Shown: positions 25,546-34,237 of the stretch, one piece after another
How the letters are laid out: each line of letters begins with the position of its first letter
How positions within the stretch are numbered: the first letter of the stretch is position 1
DNA from: Sandaracinaceae bacterium
GTDB lineage: Bacteria > Myxococcota_A > Polyangia > Polyangiales > Houyiibacteriaceae
Length of the DNA: 64,000 bases
Direction of reading: 5' to 3'
Assembly (NCBI GenBank): GCA_020633075.1
Contig: JACKEI010000003.1
Location: 67,299 to 131,298, forward strand
Notes under the pieces: generated by a model
The model's input: only the letters and a program-made list of their open reading frames with translations
Databases searched by the model: none
Told to the model about the DNA's origin: nothing
Translations under genes and position numbers: made by a program

Positions 25546-26265
25546 ATGTCCGCTCCCAGTCCCCGCCGCGGCGAGTCCTCCTTACTGCGCAGCATGCGAG
25601 GGTGCCCATTCTTCAAGGATTACGACGACGCCGAGCTGCGCATGCTCTCGACGGCGTGCGCGCTCGTCACGCTCAAGCGCGGTGAGTACGTCTGGCGCCG
25701 TGGTGACCAGTCGCGTGCCGTGCACCACATGGTGTCCGGGCTGATCGAGCTGCGTCGCGCCACCCCCAGCGCCGACGTGAACCTGATGGCCTTCTTCGGG
25801 CCCACCGAGTGCCCGGGCCTCCCTGTGGTGCTGGAGCGTCGCAAGTACGGGGCCGACGGCGTGGTGGTCAGCAGCAGCGCGACGGTGCTGGTCATCCAGG
25901 CAGAGCCCACGCTCGCCCGCATGCAGCACGACCCCCGCGTCGCCAACGCCGTCAACCGAGCGCTCTTGGCGCAGCTGCGCCTCCTGCACGGCAAGATCGA
26001 CGTCATGGCGGCGGGGACGGTCGCGCGTCGCCTGGCGCTCTTTCTGCTCAACCTGGCCAACCGCTTCGGGGACGAACACGAAGACGGCTCCACCATCATT
26101 CCCCTCGGGCTCAGCCGTCAGCAGATCGCCACGTACATCGACGCGCGGGTGGAGACGGTCATCCGCGCGCTCAGTCAGTGGAAGAAGGACGGCACCGTGA
26201 CGGTCCACCGTGATCGCATCGTCGTGCCCGACATCGAGGCGCTGCGGCAGGCGCTCGCGGCCTGA
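25546..26265 (+). CDS. Crp/Fnr-family transcriptional regulator (Dnr/NnrR-like by context)
   Basis: A cNMP-binding-like domain (CPFFKDYDDAELRMLSTACALVTLKRGEYVWRRGD) and a C-terminal HTH (LGLSRQQIATYIDARVETVIRALSQWKKDG). I saw no N-terminal Cys cluster, so it is not an FNR-type O2 sensor. The ORF is open from 25507; alternative starts are 25546 and 25594. Confidence 0.8.
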   Translation: MSAPSPRRGESSLLRSMRGCPFFKDYDDAELRMLSTACALVTLKRGEYVWRRGDQSRAVHHMVSGLIELRRATPSADVNLMAFFGPTECPGLPVVLERRKYGADGVVVSSSATVLVIQAEPTLARMQHDPRVANAVNRALLAQLRLLHGKIDVMAAGTVARRLALFLLNLANRFGDEHEDGSTIIPLGLSRQQIATYIDARVETVIRALSQWKKDGTVTVHRDRIVVPDIEALRQALAA

Positions 26266-26266
26266 C

Positions 26267-26280
26267 ATGACGTAGATCAT
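26267..26280. promoter_or_regulatory. FNR/Dnr/NnrR-type box (ATGACGTAGATCAT) upstream of ric-norCBQD
   Basis: A near-perfect palindrome with TGAC-N4-ATCA core, centred 52 bp upstream of the ATG at 26326. Confidence 0.5.
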
Positions 26281-26325
26281 GGCGAGTGGTTCCTGGGTCT
26301 TCCAGCATCGTGCTGGAGGTTCCCC

Positions 26326-27051
26326 ATGAGCATCTCACTTCAAACCACGGTAGGCGACTTGGCCTCGGCCATCCCGCACGCGGCGCGGGTCTTCGAGACC
26401 CATCGCATCGACTATTGCTGTGGCGGGCGCCGCACGCTCGAGGCCGCTTGCCAGAAAGTGGGGGCCGACGTCTCCGCCGTGGTCGCGGCCCTCGAGGAGC
26501 CGGCGCGCGACCCGAGCGGCGACGACACGGACTGGCGCGTAGCCCCGCTCTCCGCGCTCGTGCGCCACATCGTGAACGTGCACCACACCTACATGTGGCA
26601 GGAGCTGCCCCGGGTGGAGGCCCTCATGACGAAGGTGGCGCGCGTGCATGGTCCGGCGCATCCGGAGCTCCAAGAGCTCCTGCCCATCGTGCTCGGTCTC
26701 GTCGAGGAGCTCAACGGGCACCTCATGAAGGAGGAGCGCGTGCTCTTCCCGTACATCACCGCCCTGGACGGGGGCACGGTGCTCACCAGCCCGTTCGGCA
26801 CGGTCCAGAACCCCATCCGCATGATGAACGTCGAGCACGAAGACGCGGGCGGAGCGCTCGAGAGCATCCGCCGCCTCACGTCGAACCACACCCCGCCGGA
26901 AGACGCCTGTGGGAGCTACCGCGCGCTCTTCGCAGCGCTCGCTGCGATGGAGCTCGACCTCCACCAACACATCCACCTCGAGTCGAACGTGCTCTTCCCG
27001 CGGGCGATCGACCTCGAAGCCGCGCGCACCCCCTCGAACGCCGAAAGTTGA
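26326..27051 (+). CDS. ytfE: Iron-sulfur cluster repair di-iron protein (RIC; YtfE/ScdA/DnrN family)
   Basis: 241 aa. The ScdA_N motif is VGDLASAIPHAARVFETHRIDYCCGGRRTLEAAC. It is followed by two hemerythrin-like repeats (HHTYMWQELP, HLMKEERVLFPY, NVEHEDAG, HQHIHLESNVLFP). Confidence 0.85.
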   Translation: MSISLQTTVGDLASAIPHAARVFETHRIDYCCGGRRTLEAACQKVGADVSAVVAALEEPARDPSGDDTDWRVAPLSALVRHIVNVHHTYMWQELPRVEALMTKVARVHGPAHPELQELLPIVLGLVEELNGHLMKEERVLFPYITALDGGTVLTSPFGTVQNPIRMMNVEHEDAGGALESIRRLTSNHTPPEDACGSYRALFAALAAMELDLHQHIHLESNVLFPRAIDLEAARTPSNAES

Positions 27052-27058
27052 AGCGACC

Positions 27059-27742
27059 ATGCTCTCCAAATCGTCCGCACGCATGTTCTTCCTAGTCGGG
27101 ACCGCGCTCTGCGCCGTGGCCTTCATCCTGCTGACGCTGGACACCTTCCAGCAGATCCCTGGCCAGACCAACCAGGACGAGCTGTCTCCCGCGGCCATCC
27201 GCGGCAAGCACCTGTTCGACAGCTCCAACTGCATGGGCTGTCACACCATCCTCGGCGAGGGGGCCTACTACGCTCCCGAGCTGACGAGGGTGTACGACCG
27301 GCGCGGGCCCGAGTTCATCGCCGCCATGCTGCGTGACCCCGCGGCCATGTACCCCGGCCGCCGTCGCATGGAGCAGTACGACTTCACCGAGGAGCAGATC
27401 AGCGACTTGGTCGCGTTCCTGGAGTGGGTCGGAAAGATGGACCTCAACGGCTTCCCAGCGAACCCGCCCCTCGCCGCCAACGCGGGCGTCGCGGCGGCGC
27501 CGGATGACGGGCGGCCGGCCATCTTCGGCCAGATGTGCACGGCCTGCCACGCGGTCGGTGGCCGCGGCGGCTCGGTCGGCCCCTCCCTCGACGGCGTGGG
27601 CACACGCTTCGACGCGGAGTACCTCACGCGCTGGTTGACTGATCCGCAGTCCGTGCGCCCTGGAACCGCCATGCCCGACCTGCCCTTGACCGAGGCGCAG
27701 GTGAGTGAGCTCACGGCCTACCTCGTAACCCTTCACGACTGA
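27059..27742 (+). CDS. norC: Nitric oxide reductase cytochrome c subunit NorC with an additional C-terminal mono-heme cytochrome c domain
   Basis: ATG at 27059, 7 bp after the ric stop. It has an N-terminal TM anchor and two heme-binding motifs (CMGCH and CTACH). It lies directly upstream of norB. Confidence 0.75.
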   Translation: MLSKSSARMFFLVGTALCAVAFILLTLDTFQQIPGQTNQDELSPAAIRGKHLFDSSNCMGCHTILGEGAYYAPELTRVYDRRGPEFIAAMLRDPAAMYPGRRRMEQYDFTEEQISDLVAFLEWVGKMDLNGFPANPPLAANAGVAAAPDDGRPAIFGQMCTACHAVGGRGGSVGPSLDGVGTRFDAEYLTRWLTDPQSVRPGTAMPDLPLTEAQVSELTAYLVTLHD

Positions 27743-27750
27743 GCGAGCCC

Positions 27751-29163
27751 ATGAAATACGAGTCACAGCGCATTGCGTACTGGTTCTTTGCAACCTGCAT
27801 GCTCCTCTTCGGGCTGCAGCTGGTCTACGGCTTCATCATGGCCTTCGCACACGCGGGCCTGGATGGGCTACACGACATCATCCCCTTCCACACCGCGCGC
27901 GCGGTCCACACCAACCTGCTGGTCATGTGGAACCTGTGCGGGTTCATGGGGGCGGCCTACTTCATCGTCCCCGAGGAGTCCGAGCGGGAGCTCTACTGGC
28001 CCAAGCTGGCCGTGGTGCAGCTCGTCGCGTTCGTCGCGGTCGGTGTCACCGCCGTCATCGGCTTCCACTTCAGCTGGTGGGAGGGGCGCAAGTTCCTCGA
28101 GATCCCGCGTCCTCTCGACTACCTCGTCGTCGTCGACGTGCTGCTCTTCATCGCGAACATCGGCATGACCATCCTGAAGGGGAAGCGCATCACGACCACC
28201 GCGTCCGTGTTGTTCTTCGGTCTCTTGATGGCCGCGCTGCTCTACCTGCCGGGCATGATCCCCACGGACAACCAGACCCAGGATTCGTACCTGCGCTGGT
28301 GGGTCGTGCACCTCTGGGTAGAGGGCGTCTGGGAGCTCATCATGGGCGGCATCCTGGCCTTCCTGCTGATCAAGCTCACGGGTATCGACCGCGAGATCAT
28401 CGAGAAGTGGCTCTACGTCATCGTCGGGCTCACCTTCCTCTCGGGCATCCTCGGCACCGGCCACCACTACTACTACATCGGCACGCCCAGCTACTGGCTG
28501 TGGATCGGCGGCATCTTCAGCGCGCTCGAGCCGCTGGCGTTCCTGGGCATGGCCATGTACGGCATCACGATGGCCCGGAAGGGCGGCCGCAAGCACGCCA
28601 ACCGGACCGCCCTGGCGTGGACGGTCGGGTGCTGTGTCATGTCGTTCGTGGGCGCCGGCTTCTTGGGCTTCGCGCACACCCTGCCGCAAGTGAACATGTA
28701 CACCCACGGCACGCTGGTGACGGCGATGCACGGCCACATGGCCTTCTGGGGTGCCTACGCGATGCTGGTCTTGGCCATCATCACCTACGCGATGCCGCTG
28801 CTCACCGGCCGCAAGCTGTACGACCGGCCTGGCGCCGCCTTCGCCTTCTGGACGTCGAACATCGGCATGATCGCCATGACGCTCGCCTTTGGTATCGCGG
28901 GTGTGACCCAGGTCGCTCTCGAGCGCCGCATGGGCATGGACTTCCTGGCCGTCCAGGAGGAGGTCGAGGTGCACTTCTGGGGCCTCATCTTGGCGGCCAC
29001 CCTCTTCACGCTGGGCATCACCGCGTTCATCGTGAACTTCATCCAGCACGGGCTGCCCAAGGGCGACGTCGAGGCGACGCTGGGCGGCGCCGCCCCGGAC
29101 GAGTCCACGGACACCTCGGATGACGACGGCGCTGTCGCTGCGGCGGACCCCGTCGAGGCATGA
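27751..29163 (+). CDS. norB: Nitric oxide reductase large subunit NorB (cNOR, heme-copper oxidase superfamily)
   Basis: 470 aa with 12 predicted TM helices and conserved His ligands in ...TARAVHTNLL..., WVVHLWVEG, GTGHHYYY and HGHMAFWG. Confidence 0.9.
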   Translation: MKYESQRIAYWFFATCMLLFGLQLVYGFIMAFAHAGLDGLHDIIPFHTARAVHTNLLVMWNLCGFMGAAYFIVPEESERELYWPKLAVVQLVAFVAVGVTAVIGFHFSWWEGRKFLEIPRPLDYLVVVDVLLFIANIGMTILKGKRITTTASVLFFGLLMAALLYLPGMIPTDNQTQDSYLRWWVVHLWVEGVWELIMGGILAFLLIKLTGIDREIIEKWLYVIVGLTFLSGILGTGHHYYYIGTPSYWLWIGGIFSALEPLAFLGMAMYGITMARKGGRKHANRTALAWTVGCCVMSFVGAGFLGFAHTLPQVNMYTHGTLVTAMHGHMAFWGAYAMLVLAIITYAMPLLTGRKLYDRPGAAFAFWTSNIGMIAMTLAFGIAGVTQVALERRMGMDFLAVQEEVEVHFWGLILAATLFTLGITAFIVNFIQHGLPKGDVEATLGGAAPDESTDTSDDDGAVAAADPVEA

Positions 29164-29930
29164 GCCCCTATTATCGCGCGACCGGCCGCGAGGAGGAGGT
29201 CTTCCTCGCGGCGTACGCCGAGCGTCTGCCGGTGCTGCTCAAGGGCCCCACGGGGTGCGGCAAGTCCCGCTTCGTCGAGGCCATGGGCCACAAGCTCGCG
29301 CGCGAAGTCATCACCGTCGCATGCAACGACGAGACCAGCGCGGCAGACTTGCTGGGGCGCTGGTTGGTGCGCGGCGGCGACACCGTCTGGCAGGACGGGC
29401 CGGTCACACGGGCCGTGCGCGAGGGGGCCATCCTGTACTTGGACGAGGTGGCCGAGGCGCGTGAGGACGTCATCGTGGTGCTGCACCCGCTGACCGACCA
29501 CCGCCGCGAGCTCTTCGTCGACCGGCACGCCGAGCAGCTGCAGGCGCCCCCCGAGTTTCAGCTGGTGGCCAGCTTCAACCCTGGCTATCGGCGCGGCCCG
29601 AAGGAGCTCAAGCCCTCCACGCGTCAACGCTTCGTGGGCATTGACTTCACCTATCCCGAGCCCTCCGTGGAAGCCGAGATCGTCGCCCGCGAGGTGGGCA
29701 TCGACGCCGCCGTGGCCAAGCGTCTCGTCGTTCTCGCGCGGAAGGTGCGCTCGCTCTCGGAGCTGGGCTTGGCCGAGACCGTCTCGACCCGTCTGTTGGT
29801 GAACGCGGGACGGCTCATCCGCGCCGACGTGCCTCCGCGCGTCGCGTGTGTGCACGCCGTGGTGGCGCCGCTCACGGACGACCCCGAGATCGCGGAGGCG
29901 CTGCGCGATGTCGTGCACCTGGTGTTCTGA
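29160..29930 (+). CDS. norQ: NorQ (CbbQ/NirQ/NorQ MoxR-type AAA+ ATPase)
   Basis: 256 aa. Walker A is LLKGPTGCGKS and Walker B is ILYLDEV. The ATGA overlaps the norB stop. Confidence 0.85.
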   Translation: MSPYYRATGREEEVFLAAYAERLPVLLKGPTGCGKSRFVEAMGHKLAREVITVACNDETSAADLLGRWLVRGGDTVWQDGPVTRAVREGAILYLDEVAEAREDVIVVLHPLTDHRRELFVDRHAEQLQAPPEFQLVASFNPGYRRGPKELKPSTRQRFVGIDFTYPEPSVEAEIVAREVGIDAAVAKRLVVLARKVRSLSELGLAETVSTRLLVNAGRLIRADVPPRVACVHAVVAPLTDDPEIAEALRDVVHLVF

Positions 29931-29939
29931 GGCGGGCCC

Positions 29940-31841
29940 GTGAGCTGGGACGAGGCCCTCTTTGGCTGGCTGTACGGGTCCGTCAAGAGGCTGCGGGCCC
30001 CCAAGATCTCACCGGAGCGCGAGGCGCGCGCGGCGCGGCTCGCTCCGCTGCAGGCGCGCCTGCGCTTCCTGGCTTGCGCCCTCGCGGAGCGTTCGCTCGC
30101 CGTGCAGGAGGCCGAAGGGGAGGGGGGCTGGCGCTCTGACGTGGTCTACCTGCCGGCGCGCATGGACTTCGCCGAAGACGTGGAGCGCAACGAGCTGGCT
30201 TACGTCGCGCGCGTCGCGCTCGTGGTGACCGCCATGCGGCACGCGCCGCTGGTGCTCACGGCTGCAGCCGACACCGAAGAGCGCGCGCTCGCGCTCGTGG
30301 TGTCGTTGCCCCACGTGCTGAGCGTGCTGCGCGAGGAGCTCACGCCTGCCGCAGAGGCTTGCGTCGCGCTCGCGGCGACCGCGCTCGCGGACCGGACGGA
30401 AGGTGCCAGCCCCCGCCAAGGGGCCCTCGACGCCTGGACGGCGCGCGCTCTCGGCTTGCCTCCCTTGCCCGCCCACGCGGCTTGGGTGGAGTGGTTGGAG
30501 CGCGTCGCGCAGCTCGACTGGCCCGAGCAGCTCACCGAGTGGCGTGCCCTCGAGGGGAGCGCGCGAGCCCTGCCCCTGCTCGGGGGCCTCGGCACTTCTC
30601 TTGCCGAAGAGGCGCGCGGCGTGACCCAGAAGGAGGACCACACGGCGCTCCCGTCGGGCACCGAGCTCGCTGGGCGGGCGCTCGAGAACGTGGAGCGCGT
30701 CGAGCTCGCTGACCCAGGGGACACCGAGAACCCCTTGGTGCACTCCTTCGAGAAGGTACACACCGCGGAAGAGTACCAAGGTGGCTCGAAGCAGCTGGAC
30801 GGGGACGACCAGCTGGCGGACCACGCTCAGGCGCTCGAGGAGCTGGACCTACGGCAGGTGGTGCGCAGCACGGAGAGGGCTCGCTCGCTGCTCCGCATGG
30901 ACGTGATGCTGGAGGGAGCTGCCGGGGACCTCGCTGATCCGGGCGCTGTGGCGGGGCTCCCGTACCCCGAGTGGGATCAGCGCACACGCACGTACCGTGA
31001 GGGCTGGTGCCACGTGCGCGTCGGGCGTGTGCGCGCGGCCCGCGCCGCCGAGACGGCCGCGATGAGCCAGCGCGCTGCCGGACTACGCCGCGAGACCGAC
31101 GCCCTGCGGGCGGAGCTCGAGAGGCTCGAGGTGGAGCGCTGCTGGCGCTCACGGCAGCTGGACGGGAGCGAGATCGACGAAGACGCCATGGTGGACCGGC
31201 ACGCCTGCTTGGCCGCCGGCACGACGCCCCCCGACCGCCTGAATCGCCAGCGCCGGCCCAGCGCCCCCACCGTGGCCGCGCTGCTGCTGATCGACGCGAG
31301 CCTGTCTACCGACGGGTGGGTGGACGACACTCGGGTGCTGGATCTCGAGCTCGACGCCGCCCTCGTGCTGGGCGAGGCCCTCGCGTCCTTCGACACGGAC
31401 TTCGGCGTGGCGGCCTTCCACAGCCACACACGCAGCGACTGCCGCTTCGACGTGGTCAAGGGCTTCCGCGAGCCATGGAGGGCAGCCCGCGCGCGCCTCG
31501 CGATGATCCAGCCACAGGGCTACACCCGCATCGGGCCAGCCCTGCGGCACGCCACCACGCTGCTCGTCGCCACGCCTGCGAAGCGCCGTCTGCTGCTCCT
31601 CTTGACGGACGGCAAGCCCAACGACTACGACCGCTACGAGGGGCGGCACGGGGTCGCCGACGTCCGGCAGGCCGTGCGCGAGGCGGACGCCCAGCGTGTC
31701 CACGTCCACGCCTTCGCCATCGACCACGACGCACGCTTTCACCTGCCCACCATGCTGGGGAGTGGGCGCCACCACCTCTTGCGCCACCCGCGTGCGCTCG
31801 CGGGGGCCATGGGCCAGGTCTTGGTGCAGGCCCAGCGCTGA
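29940..31841 (+). CDS. norD: NorD (von Willebrand factor A domain NOR maturation factor)
   Basis: 633 aa with a GTG start. The C-terminal VWA domain carries a MIDAS-type motif LLIDASLST...LLLLTDGKPND. It sits in the position after norQ. Confidence 0.8.
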   Translation: MSWDEALFGWLYGSVKRLRAPKISPEREARAARLAPLQARLRFLACALAERSLAVQEAEGEGGWRSDVVYLPARMDFAEDVERNELAYVARVALVVTAMRHAPLVLTAAADTEERALALVVSLPHVLSVLREELTPAAEACVALAATALADRTEGASPRQGALDAWTARALGLPPLPAHAAWVEWLERVAQLDWPEQLTEWRALEGSARALPLLGGLGTSLAEEARGVTQKEDHTALPSGTELAGRALENVERVELADPGDTENPLVHSFEKVHTAEEYQGGSKQLDGDDQLADHAQALEELDLRQVVRSTERARSLLRMDVMLEGAAGDLADPGAVAGLPYPEWDQRTRTYREGWCHVRVGRVRAARAAETAAMSQRAAGLRRETDALRAELERLEVERCWRSRQLDGSEIDEDAMVDRHACLAAGTTPPDRLNRQRRPSAPTVAALLLIDASLSTDGWVDDTRVLDLELDAALVLGEALASFDTDFGVAAFHSHTRSDCRFDVVKGFREPWRAARARLAMIQPQGYTRIGPALRHATTLLVATPAKRRLLLLLTDGKPNDYDRYEGRHGVADVRQAVREADAQRVHVHAFAIDHDARFHLPTMLGSGRHHLLRHPRALAGAMGQVLVQAQR

Positions 31842-31843
31842 AC

Positions 31844-31857
31844 ATGACTTAAGTCAT
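31844..31857. promoter_or_regulatory. FNR/Dnr/NnrR-type box (ATGACTTAAGTCAT, perfect palindrome) upstream of nirK
   Basis: Centred at 31850.5. The -10-like hexamer TACATT at 31880-31885 fits a box at -41.5. The RBS AGGAGA is at 31892-31897 and the ATG at 31904. Confidence 0.55.
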
Positions 31858-31903
31858 ACGGTGGCGGCCCCTTCGGGCCTACATTCGCGACAGGAGAAAG
31901 ACG

Positions 31904-33442
31904 ATGCCACCCACCCTGTTCCACAATCGCTCTTGGCTACCACTCGGCATGGCAGCGATGCTCGCCGCATGCTCCGGAGGCGCCTCCGACGGTGAGACGC
32001 CGCCCGCCCCGGACGAGAGCGCGAGCGCGCCCGCTGCGGGCGAGTTCACCCTCCCGACGGCCGTCGAGCAGGTCGACCCGGCCACCCTCCCCAACGTCGT
32101 GGCGCAGCTCGGCGTGCCTCCCATGGCAGCTCCGCCGACGGGTCGCACCAGCCCCGCGAACGTGACCGTGGAGATCGAGGTCGTGGAGACCACGCGTGAG
32201 ATCGCAGACGGCGCCACCTTCAACTTCTGGACCTTCGGCGGCACCGTTCCGGGGCCCATGATCCGTGTGCGCCGCGGCGACCACGTGACGCTGCGTCTGC
32301 AGAACCACCCCGACAACACCATGCCGCACAACATCGACCTGCACGCGGTGACGGGTCCCGGCGGCGGCGCGACGAGCACCTTCACGGCACCCGGCCACCA
32401 GACGCAGTTCTCGTTCCAGGCACTCAACGCGGGCGTCTACGTCTATCACTGCGCGACGGCGCCCGTGGGCATGCACGTCGCCAACGGCATGTACGGCTTG
32501 ATCGTGGTGGAGCCCGAAGAGGGCTGGCCCGCCGCCGACCACGAGTACTACGTCATGCAGGGCGACTTCTACACGACGGGCAACTACCGCGCAGCCGGCC
32601 TGCAGCCCTTCGACATGCAGCGCGCCATCGACGAGAACCCCTCCTACGTCCTCTTCAACGGTCGCGACGGGGCGCTGGTGGGTGAGGGGGCGCTCACCGC
32701 GAACACCGGCGAGCGGGTCCGCATCTTCTTCGGCAACGGCGGCCCCAACCTGATCAGCTCCTTCCACGTCATCGGCGAGATCTTCGATCGTGTCTGGCAA
32801 GAGGGAGGCACGCGCGTCACCCAAGACGTCCAGACCACGCTGGTGCCCGCGGGTGGCGCGGCCTTCATGGACTTCGGCCTCGAGGTCCCCGGCACGTACA
32901 TCCTCGTGGACCACTCGCTGCTGCGCGCGTTCAACAAGGGCGCGCTCGGCATGCTGCGTGTGTCGGGTGAGCCGCAGACCATCGTGTACTCCGGCCAGGA
33001 GGTGGACGAGGTCTACCTCGGCGACCAAGCCCCCGAGGTCGTCGCAGCGCTCGAGGCCGCCCCGTCGGACCAGGAGCCCCTGGCCGTGCGCATGACGCGT
33101 GGTGAGGCCACCTACCGTGGCGTCTGTGCGGCCTGCCACCAGCGCACCGGTGAGGGGCTCGCGGGCGTCTTCCCTCCGCTCGCGGGCAGCGAGTACATGC
33201 AGCGCCCCGACGAGGAGCTCGCGCGCATCGTGCTCAGCGGCTTGACCGGGCCGATCACGGTCAACGGCCAGGCGTACAACGGTGTCATGCCCGGCCTCGC
33301 GAACCTCACCGACCACGAGATCGCAGACGTCCTCACGTACGTGCGCGGCAACCTCGGCAACCACCAGCCCCCTGTGAGCAACGAGGTGGTGGCCGCTGCG
33401 CGTCGCGCCATGCCGCAACCCGACCCGGGAGCGCATCCGTGA
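31904..33442 (+). CDS. nirK: Copper-containing nitrite reductase NirK, lipoprotein, with a fused C-terminal cytochrome c domain
   Basis: 512 aa. The lipobox is MLAAC. The T2Cu/T1Cu ligand contexts are [10 protein letters not shown] and [18 protein letters not shown]. The C-terminal CAACH heme motif has a downstream Met (NGVMPG). Confidence 0.9.
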   Translation: MPPTLFHNRSWLPLGMAAMLAACSGGASDGETPPAPDESASAPAAGEFTLPTAVEQVDPATLPNVVAQLGVPPMAAPPTGRTSPANVTVEIEVVETTREIADGATFNFWTFGGTVPGPMIRVRRGDHVTLRLQNHPDNTMPHNIDLHAVTGPGGGATSTFTAPGHQTQFSFQALNAGVYVYHCATAPVGMHVANGMYGLIVVEPEEGWPAADHEYYVMQGDFYTTGNYRAAGLQPFDMQRAIDENPSYVLFNGRDGALVGEGALTANTGERVRIFFGNGGPNLISSFHVIGEIFDRVWQEGGTRVTQDVQTTLVPAGGAAFMDFGLEVPGTYILVDHSLLRAFNKGALGMLRVSGEPQTIVYSGQEVDEVYLGDQAPEVVAALEAAPSDQEPLAVRMTRGEATYRGVCAACHQRTGEGLAGVFPPLAGSEYMQRPDEELARIVLSGLTGPITVNGQAYNGVMPGLANLTDHEIADVLTYVRGNLGNHQPPVSNEVVAAARRAMPQPDPGAHP

Positions 33443-34227
33443 GCGGACGCTTCGCTCGGCTGAGCGCCGCGCTGGGGGTCGCCCTCTGCGTCGTGGCGTC
33501 CGCTCCGAGCGAGGCCCAGTCCTACGCCACGCGCCTCGTCCGTGTAGACGAGGGCGTGGTGTTTCCGTTCTACGGGCGCGGCAGCGCCAACGCGGCGGTG
33601 CTGGTGCCGGCCTTCCAGATCGAGGCGACGCCGGTCACCAACGCGCAGTTCCTGGCCTTCGTGCGTAGTACGCCGCGCTGGCAGCGGGGGCGGGTCGCGC
33701 GCCTCTTCGCGGACGAGCGCTACCTCGCGCACTGGGCAGGGCCAGAGACCCTCGGCGCAGCCGCCCGCCCGAACCAGCCGGTGACGCACGTCTCGTGGTT
33801 CGCGGCGCGGGCCTACTGCTCGTCACTCGGCCGGCGGCTGCCCAGCGAGCACGAGTGGGAGCTCGTGGCCCAGGCCGACGCCACCCGCCGCGACGCCAGC
33901 CGCGACCCCGCGTTCGTGGCTCAGATCCTCGAGTGGTACTCGCAGCCTCGCGGCGTGCTGGCCGACGTCGGGCAGCGCCCCGCCAACCGCTACGGGGCCC
34001 ACGACATGCACGGGTTGGTCTGGGAGTGGGTGCTGGACTTCAACGCGGTCATGGTGGACGCCGACAACCGCCAGGGCGGCGACGCGGCCAGCTCCCAATT
34101 CTGCGGCGGTGGCAGCGTCGCCGCGCGCGACTCCGCCGACTACGCCGCGTTCATGCGTTACGCGTTTCGCTCTAGCCTGCAAGCGGCCTACACCGTCCCG
34201 AACCTCGGCTTCCGCTGCGCACAGTAA
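33439..34227 (+). CDS. nirV: Formylglycine-generating-enzyme (SUMF1) family protein, NirV-like
   Basis: 262 aa with a signal peptide. Motifs PVT..QF..F, QPV.HVSWF.A.AYC...G.RLP.E.EWE, HDM.G.VWEWV and GFRCA. The GTGA overlaps the nirK stop. Confidence 0.7.
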   Translation: MSGRFARLSAALGVALCVVASAPSEAQSYATRLVRVDEGVVFPFYGRGSANAAVLVPAFQIEATPVTNAQFLAFVRSTPRWQRGRVARLFADERYLAHWAGPETLGAAARPNQPVTHVSWFAARAYCSSLGRRLPSEHEWELVAQADATRRDASRDPAFVAQILEWYSQPRGVLADVGQRPANRYGAHDMHGLVWEWVLDFNAVMVDADNRQGGDAASSQFCGGGSVAARDSADYAAFMRYAFRSSLQAAYTVPNLGFRCAQ

Positions 34228-34237
34228 AGGAATCACG

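Noticed and set aside
31864-31878. GGCCCCTTCGGGCC hairpin after norD as a terminator
   Set aside because: It lies between the FNR/Dnr-type box and the -10-like hexamer of the nirK promoter, is only 5 bp long and has no U-tract. It might attenuate norD read-through, but the evidence is too weak to annotate.
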